From contig JASBZF010000001.1 of NCBI GenBank assembly GCA_029983625.1, positions 1 through 54,132 of the forward strand: a DNA stretch of 54,132 bases, given 5' to 3'. Shown piece by piece: positions 40,001 through 49,228 of the stretch. How positions within the stretch are numbered: position 1 is the stretch's first letter; each line of letters opens with the position of its first letter. A program made the translations under genes and the position numbers. Below the pieces are notes generated by a model that saw only the letters and a list, made by a program, of their open reading frames with translations, had not been told where the DNA came from and searched no databases. Origin of the DNA: Pauljensenia sp. (GTDB taxonomy: Bacteria; Actinomycetota; Actinomycetes; Actinomycetales; Actinomycetaceae).

Positions 40001-41010
40001 CCGTTTCTGCGCCTGATCTTTCTACTCCCGACCTCGAGTCCCGTATCACTCCGGGGCTCGAGGTCGTCGAGCGTCGTCTCCACGAGGCCGTATCCGCTTC
40101 GCGGGATCTTATTGATGAGCTGACGAGTCACCTGGCCCGCGCGGGTGGGAAGCGTCTGCGTCCGGTCCTGACGCTCGTCTGCGCCCAACTCGGCGATCCC
40201 GAACATGCTGTGTCAGAGCGCGTAATAACGGGCGCAACCTCAGTTGAACTGACGCATTTGGCGTCTCTGTATCACGATGACGTTATGGATTCTGCGCCAA
40301 CGCGGCGCGGCGTTCCTTCGGCGCAGCACCTGTGGGGCAACAATCGCGCGATTCTCGCCGGGGACGTGCTCTTCGCGCGAGCGTCTGTCCTTATCGCCTC
40401 TTTAGGGCCTGAACTGGTTGCGCATCATGCGAAGACTTTCGAGCGTTTGTGTATCGGCCAGTTGAATGAAACTTTCGGCCCGACCGAAGGTGAAGATCGG
40501 GTCGATTTCTATCTGCGAGTGCTTGCGGATAAAACCGGTTCCTTGGTTGCCGCAGCTGCTCACTTCGGAGCTTGGCTGTCGGGTGCAGGCGAGGAGATTG
40601 CGCGGATCGTTTCAGCTTTCGGTGAAGAGGTCGGGGTCGCTTTCCAGATCGCCGATGATGTCCTTGACCTTGCGTCAACGGGTGGGGCTTCTGGGAAGAG
40701 GCCGGGGACCGATCTGCGTGAAGGTGTGGATACGCTCCCTGTTCTTCTTTTGCGTCGCCGCGAAGCGCAGGGCTGCATTGACGAGGACGGGGCCTGTATT
40801 CTCGCGGCTTTGGATGCGGATTTGTCCTCTGATGAAGCCCTTGATCGTGTTGTGTCGGCCTTGCGTGCACACGATGTCCTCGAAGAGACTCGTGAACTTG
40901 CGAGGGCACGCGCCCAGCAAGCGATCGCTTTGCTCGATCCGCTTCCCGAGGGAGAAGCGAAGACCGCCCTCGTCGCTTTTGCTCACCTCATGGTGGATCG
41001 TCTCGCCTGA
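39997..41010 (+). CDS. Trans-polyprenyl diphosphate synthase (GrcC/HepT-like)
   Basis: GGKRLRP, HDDVMD, FQIADDVLD; GTGA overlap with nuoN. Confidence 0.92.
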   Translation: MTVSAPDLSTPDLESRITPGLEVVERRLHEAVSASRDLIDELTSHLARAGGKRLRPVLTLVCAQLGDPEHAVSERVITGATSVELTHLASLYHDDVMDSAPTRRGVPSAQHLWGNNRAILAGDVLFARASVLIASLGPELVAHHAKTFERLCIGQLNETFGPTEGEDRVDFYLRVLADKTGSLVAAAAHFGAWLSGAGEEIARIVSAFGEEVGVAFQIADDVLDLASTGGASGKRPGTDLREGVDTLPVLLLRRREAQGCIDEDGACILAALDADLSSDEALDRVVSALRAHDVLEETRELARARAQQAIALLDPLPEGEAKTALVAFAHLMVDRLA

Positions 41011-41225
41011 AGCTGCTGCACTGTGTTCACGGCGACTGCTGAGATTGCGGTGCGAGGGCGGGACTGTGGATGTGTCAGCAAAAGATGACTGAGCCGATGT
41101 GGCGGTGAGTCGCGTCTCGAAAAGATGACCTTCTGTGTGGCCTCGTTAGGATTGACGTATACGCGGGGTCGTCCCGCATGTAAAAAGTGTCACCGGGAAT
41201 TTGCCCGGACGTGAGAGGAGCTCAC

Positions 41226-42728
41226 TTGTCCGTCTTGAACGTCGCTGTCATTGGTGCGGGTCCGGCTGGGATCTATGCGTCTGACATCTTGTCGAAGTCT
41301 GGGCTCGAGGTGAATATCGACCTGTTTGAGCGCCTTCCCGCTCCTTACGGTTTGGTGCGATACGGTGTCGCTCCCGATCATCCGCGAATCAAACAGATCA
41401 TTGTTGCCCTGTATAAGATCCTCCAGCGCGGTGACATTCGTCTGCTCGGGAATGTGGAGGTGGGGCGTGATATTTCGATTGACGATCTGAGGGAACATTA
41501 TGATGCGGTGATCGTTGCGACGGGTGCTGATCGTGATGCTCCGCTCGATATCCCCGGCATTGATCTTCCTGAGTCTTTCGGCGCGGCGGATTTTGTGTCC
41601 TGGTATGACGGTCATCCTGACTATCCGCGTTCTTGGCCTTTGAATGCGTCGAGTGTGGCTGTGTTCGGTGTGGGTAATGTGGCACTTGATGTGGCGCGTG
41701 TTCTGGCCAAGCATCCGCAGGACATGTTGGTGACGGAGATCCCTGAGAATGTTGCACGCGGTCTTTCTGAGAACCCGGTCACGGATGTTCACGTGTTTGG
41801 GAGGCGCGGTCCCGCTCAGGTGAAGTTCACGCCGCTGGAATTGCGTGAGCTTGGCAAGGTTCCCGATGTGGATGTCATCGTTGATGAGGAGGATTTTGAT
41901 TTCGATGCGGGCTCTGAGAAGGCTTTGCGTGAATCGAATCAGCAGCGGCAGGTAGTGAAGACTCTCACACAATACGCTTCGATTGATCCACAAGAGCGCA
42001 TTGCGTCGCGCAGGATTCACATTCATTTGTTCCAGGCTCCGGTTGAGGTGCTTGCCGATGAGAAGGGGCATGTGAAGGCGGTGCGCACGGAGCGCATGGA
42101 GCTTGTCGGTGATGGTTCGGTGCGTGGTACCGGAGTGATGACGACCTGGCCTGTTGAGGCTGTTTACCGGGCGGTGGGGTATGCGTCTTCACCGATTCCG
42201 GGACTTCCTTTTGATGCTGAGCACCGTGTGATTCCTCATGTCGAAGGACGTGTCGTCTCAGCTCCCGGTGCGGGCGTAGAGGATGCTCTGAGGGGTATTT
42301 ATGCGACGGGGTGGGTCAAGCGCGGTCCTGTAGGGCTCATTGGTTCAACGAAGTCGGATGCTCAGCAGACGATTGCGCATCTCGTTGAGGATGCGAAGGC
42401 TGGGCGTTTGCATGCGAATAATACTCAGGCTGTTGGGCATGAGGCGATGCGTGCCCTTTTGGAGGAACGCGGAGTTGAATACACCACCTGGGAAGGGTGG
42501 GAGCTGCTGGATGCCTATGAGAAGGAACTTGGTGCAGCTTATGGTCCGCTGCCTGAGGGGCGTGGTGTTCGTGAGCGCGTGAAAGTTGTGTCCCGTCGGG
42601 CGATGACTGATATTTCCCGAGCGATACCACTTGACCGGGTGGATCTCGTCGGTGAAATGGGGGAGATGGGAGTTCCTTCAGCTCCAGAGCGTTTCGAGGA
42701 TTATACGGGCCCTGGGCGTCGTCCTTGA
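41226..42728 (+). CDS. fprA: Adrenodoxin-reductase-like ferredoxin-NADP reductase (FprA family)
   Basis: GAGPAG, GLVRYGVAPDH, GVGNVALDVAR, GWVKRGPVGLIG; GAGGAG before TTG. Confidence 0.85.
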   Translation: MSVLNVAVIGAGPAGIYASDILSKSGLEVNIDLFERLPAPYGLVRYGVAPDHPRIKQIIVALYKILQRGDIRLLGNVEVGRDISIDDLREHYDAVIVATGADRDAPLDIPGIDLPESFGAADFVSWYDGHPDYPRSWPLNASSVAVFGVGNVALDVARVLAKHPQDMLVTEIPENVARGLSENPVTDVHVFGRRGPAQVKFTPLELRELGKVPDVDVIVDEEDFDFDAGSEKALRESNQQRQVVKTLTQYASIDPQERIASRRIHIHLFQAPVEVLADEKGHVKAVRTERMELVGDGSVRGTGVMTTWPVEAVYRAVGYASSPIPGLPFDAEHRVIPHVEGRVVSAPGAGVEDALRGIYATGWVKRGPVGLIGSTKSDAQQTIAHLVEDAKAGRLHANNTQAVGHEAMRALLEERGVEYTTWEGWELLDAYEKELGAAYGPLPEGRGVRERVKVVSRRAMTDISRAIPLDRVDLVGEMGEMGVPSAPERFEDYTGPGRRP

Positions 42729-42835
42729 GTTGAGGCCGTAGGCACCTGAAGTCTTGAGCGCGTGTGCGTTCATATACGAGGGCGGGGCGCAGTTGAAAGC
42801 CTCGATGTCAGGGATACGAGAGAAGGGCCACCTTT

Positions 42836-42868
42836 TCTCAGGAAGTGTTCAGTTGCTGCCCATATCCT
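42836..42868 (+). promoter_or_regulatory. Putative MprA-like box plus leaderless -10 of htpX
   Basis: TCTCAG-N5-GTTCAG, then TATCCT 6 nt before ATG 42875. Confidence 0.55.
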
Positions 42869-42874
42869 CATGAC

Positions 42875-43750
42875 ATGACTCATCGGAGCTATCACAACGG
42901 TGTCAAGACCGCCGTACTCCTTGGCGGATTGTGGGCGCTTCTTGCCGCTATCGGCTGGATCGTTGCTAAGGGTACGGGGAGTTCACTCTGGCTCTGGTTT
43001 TTTGCTGGTCTCGGCCTTCTGCAAACTGCCTACGCCTATTGGAACTCGGCTTCCATGTCGCTGCGGGCCATGAAGGCGTATGAGGTATCCGAGGCGCAGC
43101 GACCGGACCTGTATCGGATTGTGCGAGAGCTTTCTGATCGGGCAGGTCAGCCGATGCCGTCGATCTGGATTGCGCCGACTTCGACACCGAACGCTTTCGC
43201 CACGGGGCGAGACCCGGAACATGCGGCGGTGTGCTGTACGGAAGGGATTCTTGCCATCCTCGGTGAACGGGAGTTGCGCGGCGTGCTCGGTCATGAGCTG
43301 ATGCACGTGTATAACCGTGACATTCTGACTTCTTCGGTGGCTGTGGCCCTCGGTGGTCTGGTCACTTCGATTGCGCAGTTCCTTATGTTCTTTGGGGATG
43401 GGCGTAACAGGGAAGGTGAGGGTGTGGGCCTTGTGTCAGGTTTTGCTCTTGCTTTGCTTGCGCCTCTTGCGGCGACGCTCATTCAGTTTTCTTTGTCGCG
43501 CACGCGCGAGTTTGATGCGGACGAGGACGGGGCTGCGTTGACTCAAGATCCTTTAGCTTTGGCGTCTGCGTTGCGCAAACTCGAAACAGTGACTGATCGT
43601 GCACCTCTTGATCCTACGCCCGCGCATCAAAGTGTCGCGGCGATGATGATTGCGAATCCTTTTAGGGGTGTGGGTGTGCGTCAGCTTTTTGCGACTCACC
43701 CTCCGATGGATGAGCGTATTGCCCGCTTGGAAAAGATGGCGGGGTATTGA
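42875..43750 (+). CDS. htpX: Zinc metalloprotease HtpX (M48)
   Basis: PNAFATGR, HELMH, SRTREFDAD, FATHPP. Confidence 0.95.
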   Translation: MTHRSYHNGVKTAVLLGGLWALLAAIGWIVAKGTGSSLWLWFFAGLGLLQTAYAYWNSASMSLRAMKAYEVSEAQRPDLYRIVRELSDRAGQPMPSIWIAPTSTPNAFATGRDPEHAAVCCTEGILAILGERELRGVLGHELMHVYNRDILTSSVAVALGGLVTSIAQFLMFFGDGRNREGEGVGLVSGFALALLAPLAATLIQFSLSRTREFDADEDGAALTQDPLALASALRKLETVTDRAPLDPTPAHQSVAAMMIANPFRGVGVRQLFATHPPMDERIARLEKMAGY

Positions 43751-43766
43751 TGTCTGTGTGTCGCAG

Positions 43767-43804
43767 CTCGTCGTCCCGGTTACCGAAACAACCGGGACGA
43801 CGAG
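43767..43804. terminator. Hairpin between convergent htpX and yajQ
   Basis: ctcgtcgtcccggtt-accgaaac-aaccgggacgacgag, perfect 15 bp stem. Confidence 0.85.
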
Positions 43805-43831
43805 ATGTGTGAACGAGATGTGTGAAAAATC

Positions 43832-44335
43832 TCAACGATAGTTGACGAACTGGAGTGCTGTGTCGAGTGCCTCGCCCTCGGGACCTTTGAGGAGGGCAAT
43901 CACTGCTTGGAGGTCATCGCGTGATTTTGAAGAGACTCGGAGTTCGTCGCCTTGGATCTGAGCTTTGACGCCTTTGGGGCCTTCGTCGCGGATGAGTTTG
44001 GCGATTTTCTTCGCTGTGTCTTGTGCGATGCCTTCTTTCAGGGGTGTGAGGAGCTTGTAGATCTTCCCTGATGCTTTGGGTTCGCGTTCCTTGTAGTCGA
44101 GGCATTTGAGGGAAAGACCACGACGGATGAGTTTGGTCTGGAGGACGTCAAGGATCGCCATGACGCGCTCGGGTGAGTTTGCTTCCATTTCGATTGCGTC
44201 AGCGTTCAATCGGATCGCAGCGTCCACGCCGCGGAAGTCGTAGCGGGTCGCGATCTCTTTTGCGGTCTGATTCACCGCGTTATCGACTTCCTGACGGTCG
44301 AGTTTTGAGACGATGTCGAATGAGGAGTCAGCCAC
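43832..44335 (-). CDS. yajQ: YajQ family nucleotide-binding protein
   Basis: [41 protein letters not shown]. Confidence 0.95.
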   Translation of the reverse strand: MADSSFDIVSKLDRQEVDNAVNQTAKEIATRYDFRGVDAAIRLNADAIEMEANSPERVMAILDVLQTKLIRRGLSLKCLDYKEREPKASGKIYKLLTPLKEGIAQDTAKKIAKLIRDEGPKGVKAQIQGDELRVSSKSRDDLQAVIALLKGPEGEALDTALQFVNYR

Positions 44336-44461
44336 GGTTTTCCTTTCAAGTAGCGAACGTGAACGGCTTGTTCGCGTCGTGTATCTCGTGAGCTCGCTGC
44401 CCGATTGGCAATCCGAGTTCTTTTTCTGTTATTCTTCCACGGCACCGCAAAAGCGGAGCAA

Positions 44462-44542
44462 GGCGGGGTACCCGAGTGGCCAAAGGGAGCTGACTGTAAA
44501 TCAGCCGCGTATGCTTCGGGGGTTCGAATCCCTCCCCCGCCA
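44462..44542 (+). tRNA. tRNA-Tyr(GTA)
   Basis: GGCGGGG/CCCCGCC acceptor stem, gctga-ctgtaaa-tcagc anticodon arm, long variable arm, GGTTCGAATCC; no encoded CCA. Confidence 0.95.
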
Positions 44543-44594
44543 CGTTCTCGGTTCATCCGGGATCTGCGTGTGAGGACCTTCTCAGTGACGCGGA

Positions 44595-44624
44595 TTGCGA
44601 AAGCGGTCCGAAGTTGATTAGGCT
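44595..44624 (+). promoter_or_regulatory. Putative housekeeping promoter for tRNA-Thr/tRNA-Met/rpmG
   Basis: TTGCGA-18 nt-TAGGCT, 10 nt before tRNA-Thr. Confidence 0.55.
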
Positions 44625-44634
44625 TTTCCGCGTT

Positions 44635-44707
44635 GCCCCGATAGCTCAGTCGGCAGAGCATCTCCATGGTAAGGAGAAGGTCAAGGGTTCGATTCCCTTT
44701 CGGGGCT
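44635..44707 (+). tRNA. tRNA-Thr(GGT)
   Basis: GCCCCGA/TCGGGGC acceptor stem, tctcc-atggtaa-ggaga anticodon arm, GGTTCGATTCC. Confidence 0.93.
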
Positions 44708-44733
44708 CAGGTCGCGGCCGCAGGTCGCACCGC

Positions 44734-44807
44734 GGCGGGGTAGCTCAGCTGGTCAGAGCGCACGACTCATAATCGTGAGGTCGCGGGTTCGAGCCCCGCC
44801 CCCGCTA
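44734..44807 (+). tRNA. tRNA with CAT anticodon, probably elongator Met
   Basis: GGCGGGG/CCCCGCT acceptor stem, cacga-ctcataa-tcgtg arm lacking the three G-C pairs of initiators; Ile2 not strictly excluded. Confidence 0.88.
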
Positions 44808-44857
44808 CCGATCAAGGTCGCGCGACGACACCACTATTCAGCAAAAGAGGACACATC

Positions 44858-45028
44858 GTGGCAAGCAAGTCTCAGGATGTTCGCCCCAAGATTACTCTGG
44901 CCTGCTCGGAGTGCAAGGAGCGTAACTACATCACAAAGAAGAACCGTCGTAACACGCCGGATCGTCTTGAACTCGCGAAGTACTGCCCTCGCTGTCGCAA
45001 GTCGACTCAGCACCGCGAGACCCGCTGA
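44858..45028 (+). CDS. rpmG: 50S ribosomal protein L33, zinc-binding type, 56 aa, not in the ORF track
   Basis: [56 protein letters not shown]. Confidence 0.96.
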   Translation: MASKSQDVRPKITLACSECKERNYITKKNRRNTPDRLELAKYCPRCRKSTQHRETR

Positions 45029-45060
45029 CGCGGGTTTGCCAGGTAGGCGGTTAAGCTCTT

Positions 45061-45090
45061 ACCCCCGGAGAGTGATCTTCGGGGGTTCTT
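45061..45090 (+). terminator. Terminator after rpmG
   Basis: acccccggaga-gtga-tcttcgggggt followed by tctt. Confidence 0.7.
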
Positions 45091-45469
45091 GCTGCTCGCC
45101 CTCCCCGCAGCTGCTGCGGGCTCTTCGCTCGCCCTGCAGCCCTTGCTTTCATTTTGACGCCAAGCGCAGCGGCGCCGCTTGTGACGCTCACTCCCTGTGT
45201 CCCTGCCCTGGGCGCGCACTCTCAGGTGTGCAGAACGTGAGATGAGGGGTGAGGGCACTGCCTCTTCGCTTTGGGTGCGACCTCGTCTTTTCCGGGTACG
45301 ATTGATTGTTGGTGGGTTCATTTCCCCGCCCGGATCTGCGAGAGAATACACAGGGCAATGACAGAGCGTCTTCGAGTTTCACCTCGAAGGAACCGCGTGT
45401 TCTTCACCTGAGAGATGAGCTTCCCGCGTCACATCAGACTTGCGCATACGAACAGAGAAAGGATTCGCC

Positions 45470-46243
45470 ATGCGAATTGCCATCGTCAACACTCCTGAGG
45501 AGATCGCTTGCCTTGCGGCAGACCGGATTGAAGAGGTGTACAGGACGAAACCTGATTTCGTCCTCGGACTCGCTACCGGATCATCTCCGATCGGCCTGTA
45601 TGACGAGCTTGTCCGCCGCTATGAGGCCGGGCGTATTTCCTTCGCTCAGGTCCGTTCTTTCAACCTCGATGAGTATGTGGGGCTCCCGAAGGATCACGTT
45701 GAGGGGTACGCGAACTTTATTCACCGTCACCTCGTGAGCCGTGTCGATATGCCCGAGGGCGCAGCGCACGGACCGGACGGCTGGTCTGATGATCTTGCTG
45801 CCGGTGCAGCCGCCTACGATCAGGCCATTAAGGATGCTGGTGGGATCGACATTCAGGTTCTTGGTATCGGCTCTGATGGGCACATCGGCTTTAATGAACC
45901 GGGTGGTTCCTTATCCTCACGTACACATGTGGGTGTCTTGACCGAGCAGACCCGCAGCGATAATGCCCGTTTCTTTGATGGTGACATTAATCAGGTGCCG
46001 ACGCACTGCGTGACCCAGGGGATTGGGACAATCATGGAGGCTCGTGCGCAGGTCTTCATCGCAACTGGTAAGGGCAAAGCCCGAGCAGTGAAGGAAATGA
46101 TTGAGGGCGCGGTCTGCCAGCGTTGGCCTGCGACTGCGCTGCAGTATCACAACGATGTCTTAGCGATCCTCGACGAGGACGCGGCGAGTGAACTCGAACT
46201 GAAAGACTTCTACAAGGAGGTCTGGGAGAAGGAAAACGCCTGA
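45470..46243 (+). CDS. nagB: Glucosamine-6-phosphate deaminase
   Basis: GLATGSSP, FNLDEYVGL, LGIGSDGHIGFNEPG; GAAAGGA RBS before ATG 45470. Confidence 0.96.
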   Translation: MRIAIVNTPEEIACLAADRIEEVYRTKPDFVLGLATGSSPIGLYDELVRRYEAGRISFAQVRSFNLDEYVGLPKDHVEGYANFIHRHLVSRVDMPEGAAHGPDGWSDDLAAGAAAYDQAIKDAGGIDIQVLGIGSDGHIGFNEPGGSLSSRTHVGVLTEQTRSDNARFFDGDINQVPTHCVTQGIGTIMEARAQVFIATGKGKARAVKEMIEGAVCQRWPATALQYHNDVLAILDEDAASELELKDFYKEVWEKENA

Positions 46244-46355
46244 TTCTTCACAAGATTCTTCGCTGTTACCCGCAGGAAGGACCGGAAGTGTACCTGCTCT
46301 GTGTTCTTTCATACTCGGGTAAGGCGAAGCGTCGTTGAGAAAACTCTCGTCGTGA

Positions 46356-46422
46356 GTGTCGCCGAGCACATAGAGCGCTCGGCGACACGTGTGCGTGCCT
46401 TCCTTCCCGAGAGCACGCACAC
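46356..46422. terminator. Two tandem hairpins between convergent nagB and galE
   Basis: gtgtcgccgagc/gctcggcgacac (12 bp) directly followed by gtgtgcgtgc/gcacgcacac (10 bp). Confidence 0.75.
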
Positions 46423-46434
46423 ATGGCTCCTGCT

Positions 46435-47469
46435 TTATTCGCCGCTTGCGTAGCCTTGCGGGTTCTTGGACTGCCAGCGCCAAGAATCGGCGCACATCCG
46501 ATCAATGTCGAATTGGGCTTTCCATCCGAGGATCGACTCGGCTTTAGCGGGGTCGGAGTAGCAGGTCGCGATGTCACCGGGGCGACGGGCTTCGATAGCG
46601 TAGGGGATTTCGTGTCCACAGGCCCGTTCGAAGGCGTGGAGGACATCGAGCACAGAGTAGCCGCGTCCGGTTCCCAGGTTGAAGATTTCGCAGCCGGTTC
46701 GCCCGTTCATCCATTCTAGGGCTTTAAGGTGCCCGAGGGCCAGGTCAACGACGTGAATGTAATCCCGCACGCCCGTGCCATCCGGGGTGGGGTAGTCGTT
46801 CCCGAAAACAGCCACACGTTCGCGCCTACCGACTGCGACCTGCGCAATGTAGGGGACGAGGTTGTTGGGAATACCGTTCGGGTCCTCACCGATCCGGCCT
46901 GACACATGCGCACCAATCGGATTGAAGTAGCGCAGCAGAACAGCATTCCACCGTGCGTCAGCTTGCGCGGTATCCATGATGATCTGTTCGATCATCCACT
47001 TCGTCCATCCGTAGGGGTTTGTGGGTGTCCCTTTCGGGCATTCTTCGGTGATGGGAATTTGTTGGGGATCGCCGTATACGGTCGCGCTGGAAGAGAAGAG
47101 GATCGAGAAACAGTTGTGCTCGCGCATCACGTCGAGCAGTGTCAGTGTTCCGGCGATGTTGTTGTCGTAGTATTCGAGGGGCTTTTCCACTGACTCACCG
47201 ACAGCTTTCAGGCCCGCGAAATGAATAACAGAGTCAATCGCATGTGTGGTGAAGATGTGGTCGAGGGCGGCACGGTCGCGTATGTCAGCTTCGTAGAAGG
47301 TGACGGGAGTGCCGATGAGTTCACTCACGCGGGACAGGGCGGTACGACTGGAGTTACTGAGGTCGTCAACAACGATGACTTCAAATCCGGCGGTGTTAAG
47401 TTCGACGATCGTATGTGACCCGATATAGCCTGCGCCTCCGGTGACAAGGACCGTTCCTCTGGTACTCAT
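46435..47469 (-). CDS. galE: UDP-glucose 4-epimerase
   Basis: [47 protein letters not shown]. Confidence 0.96.
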   Translation of the reverse strand: MSTRGTVLVTGGAGYIGSHTIVELNTAGFEVIVVDDLSNSSRTALSRVSELIGTPVTFYEADIRDRAALDHIFTTHAIDSVIHFAGLKAVGESVEKPLEYYDNNIAGTLTLLDVMREHNCFSILFSSSATVYGDPQQIPITEECPKGTPTNPYGWTKWMIEQIIMDTAQADARWNAVLLRYFNPIGAHVSGRIGEDPNGIPNNLVPYIAQVAVGRRERVAVFGNDYPTPDGTGVRDYIHVVDLALGHLKALEWMNGRTGCEIFNLGTGRGYSVLDVLHAFERACGHEIPYAIEARRPGDIATCYSDPAKAESILGWKAQFDIDRMCADSWRWQSKNPQGYASGE

Positions 47470-47665
47470 TTCACAGCTCCTTCTCTTCTCTTTTTCGACA
47501 TGGAGACGCATCTGTTCCTTGCGTCATGTGATGCCGATACGAGTTTACTCGGCCACATCCACAAAATGCCGAGCCCCGCCCTCGTCACAAGGGGTCCTCT
47601 CACAGATCCTCGTTGCGGATCCACCTAGAATTGAGCGGGGACCGCTAGTTTCTAAGGAGTGACAC

Positions 47666-48817
47666 GTGCCCGCTATGACGCTTGCTGAACTGACTACTTT
47701 CCACGTCGGTGGGCCGGTTGCTGCTTTCGTTGAGACAGGGGATGAGGCGAGCTTCATCGAAGCGATCCGCAACGCAGATGACAGGGGTGTGCCGCTGCTT
47801 GTGCTCGGGGGAGGTTCGAATCTGCTGGCAAGTGATGCTGCTTTCCCAGGTGTTGTTGTGCGTGATCGTCGTTCCACGATCGCGTTCTGTTCTGAAATGC
47901 CTTTTCCTGTGGGAAATGTGCCGCGTTCTGAGCATACGGAGACGACACGTGCGGATGTTGCGGGCGAGGGTAGACGGGTTGAAGTCGTAGCGAGTGCCGG
48001 TACGCTGTGGGACGACTTTGTTCTGTGGACTCTTCATCGGGGTTTGTCCGGCTTGGAAGCACTGTCTGGGATTCCGGGGACGGTCGGTGCGGCACCGGTG
48101 CAAAACGTCGGCGCTTATGGGCGTGAGGTTTCAGACTGTTTGCTTTCCGTGCGCGCGTGGGACCGTGCTGAAGGTCGAGTGGTGGAGTTATCAGCTGCAG
48201 AACTCGGGCTTTCCTACAGGGATTCGCTGATGAAACGTTCACTTCACGAGGGCGGGACTTGCGGAAAACAGTGGGGGCCTACGGGACGCTGGGTGGTGCT
48301 TGAAGCACGTTTCGCCCTGGAGCTTTGTGTCTTGTCAGCTCCGGTTTTGTATCGTGAACTTGCGTATCGTCTGGGGATTGAGATCGGGGAGCGCGCTGAT
48401 GCGCAACGCGTGCGTTCGGCGGTTCTTGAACTGCGACGTGCGAAGGGGATGCTCGTCGATCCGGAAGATCATGACACTTGGAGTGCCGGCTCTTTCTTCA
48501 CGAATCCGATTCTTCCTCCTGAGGTGGCGCAGAGGCTTCCTGAGGGGGCTCCGCGTTTCCCGATGGAGGCAGGGTATGTGAAGACCTCCGCAGCGTGGCT
48601 CATCGATCATGCGGGCTTTATGAAGGGTTTTGCGCTGCCGGGTGCTCGCGGGGATGGGGCGGCTCTTTCTTCAAAGCATGTGCTTGCTGTGACGAACCGA
48701 GGGAGTGCGAGTGCTGCTGAGATCGTAGAGCTTGCGTGTGCAGTCCGTGCGGGGGTTGAGGAGTGTTTCGGGGTGCGTCTTGTCCCTGAGCCTGTCGCTG
48801 TGGGGATCAGCTGGTAG
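47666..48817 (+). CDS. murB: UDP-N-acetylmuramate dehydrogenase
   Basis: LGGGSN, GIPGTVGAAPVQNVGAYG, SAGSFFTNP, KHVLAVTN, LVPEP. Confidence 0.95.
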   Translation: MPAMTLAELTTFHVGGPVAAFVETGDEASFIEAIRNADDRGVPLLVLGGGSNLLASDAAFPGVVVRDRRSTIAFCSEMPFPVGNVPRSEHTETTRADVAGEGRRVEVVASAGTLWDDFVLWTLHRGLSGLEALSGIPGTVGAAPVQNVGAYGREVSDCLLSVRAWDRAEGRVVELSAAELGLSYRDSLMKRSLHEGGTCGKQWGPTGRWVVLEARFALELCVLSAPVLYRELAYRLGIEIGERADAQRVRSAVLELRRAKGMLVDPEDHDTWSAGSFFTNPILPPEVAQRLPEGAPRFPMEAGYVKTSAAWLIDHAGFMKGFALPGARGDGAALSSKHVLAVTNRGSASAAEIVELACAVRAGVEECFGVRLVPEPVAVGISW

Positions 48818-48859
48818 CTGTGCTTTCTTGTCCTGTGGATTACTCATTCTGCGACTGAG

Positions 48860-49228
48860 TTATATGGTCTTTTTATCATATGGAAAAGCGATAAATACTG
48901 AAGAAATAAGACTGTCAATCACCCCGACAACAATGCATAAGAATCCGAATATGTTAATTGTAGTGGGGGCGTTGAATACGTAGAACGATCCAACCCCGAT
49001 GATGATGAGCAGTATCCCGATCACATAAAGGGACTTTGCGGAGATGCTGCTTTCTGATTGTGCGGCGGCTCCAGCTCCGATCAGCGAGAGGCTGAGAATC
49101 ACTAAGCTCATGAGGTGAGGGAACCAAACGGGGCTGTTTGTGGTGGTAAAGAAGGCGTAGAGCCAAATCGCAACAAAAATGCCGGTAAGCATCAGCGAAG
49201 AAAACGCTGGAAGGTGTCGTCGTTTCAT
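48860..49228 (-). CDS. Orphan 4-TM membrane protein, low GC
   Basis: AAGGAG RBS, basic N-terminus and four hydrophobic segments; no family recognised. Confidence 0.7.
   Translation of the reverse strand: MKRRHLPAFSSLMLTGIFVAIWLYAFFTTTNSPVWFPHLMSLVILSLSLIGAGAAAQSESSISAKSLYVIGILLIIIGVGSFYVFNAPTTINIFGFLCIVVGVIDSLISSVFIAFPYDKKTI

Noticed and set aside
41190..42071. 293-aa antisense ORF opposite fprA, and similar long shadows such as 11339-12385, 6661-7290 and 49684-50472
   Set aside because: Overlap well-supported genes, have no motifs, and are expected from codon bias in high-GC DNA
44462..44807. tRNA cluster as an integration site
   Set aside because: No integrase and no duplicated tRNA 3' end seen in the window
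44775..45245. 156-aa ORF spanning tRNA-Met and rpmG
   Set aside because: Begins inside a tRNA and is out of frame with the real rpmG
45091..45469. glmS ribozyme, glycine or cobalamin riboswitch upstream of nagB
   Set aside because: Conserved core motifs are not present in the right order
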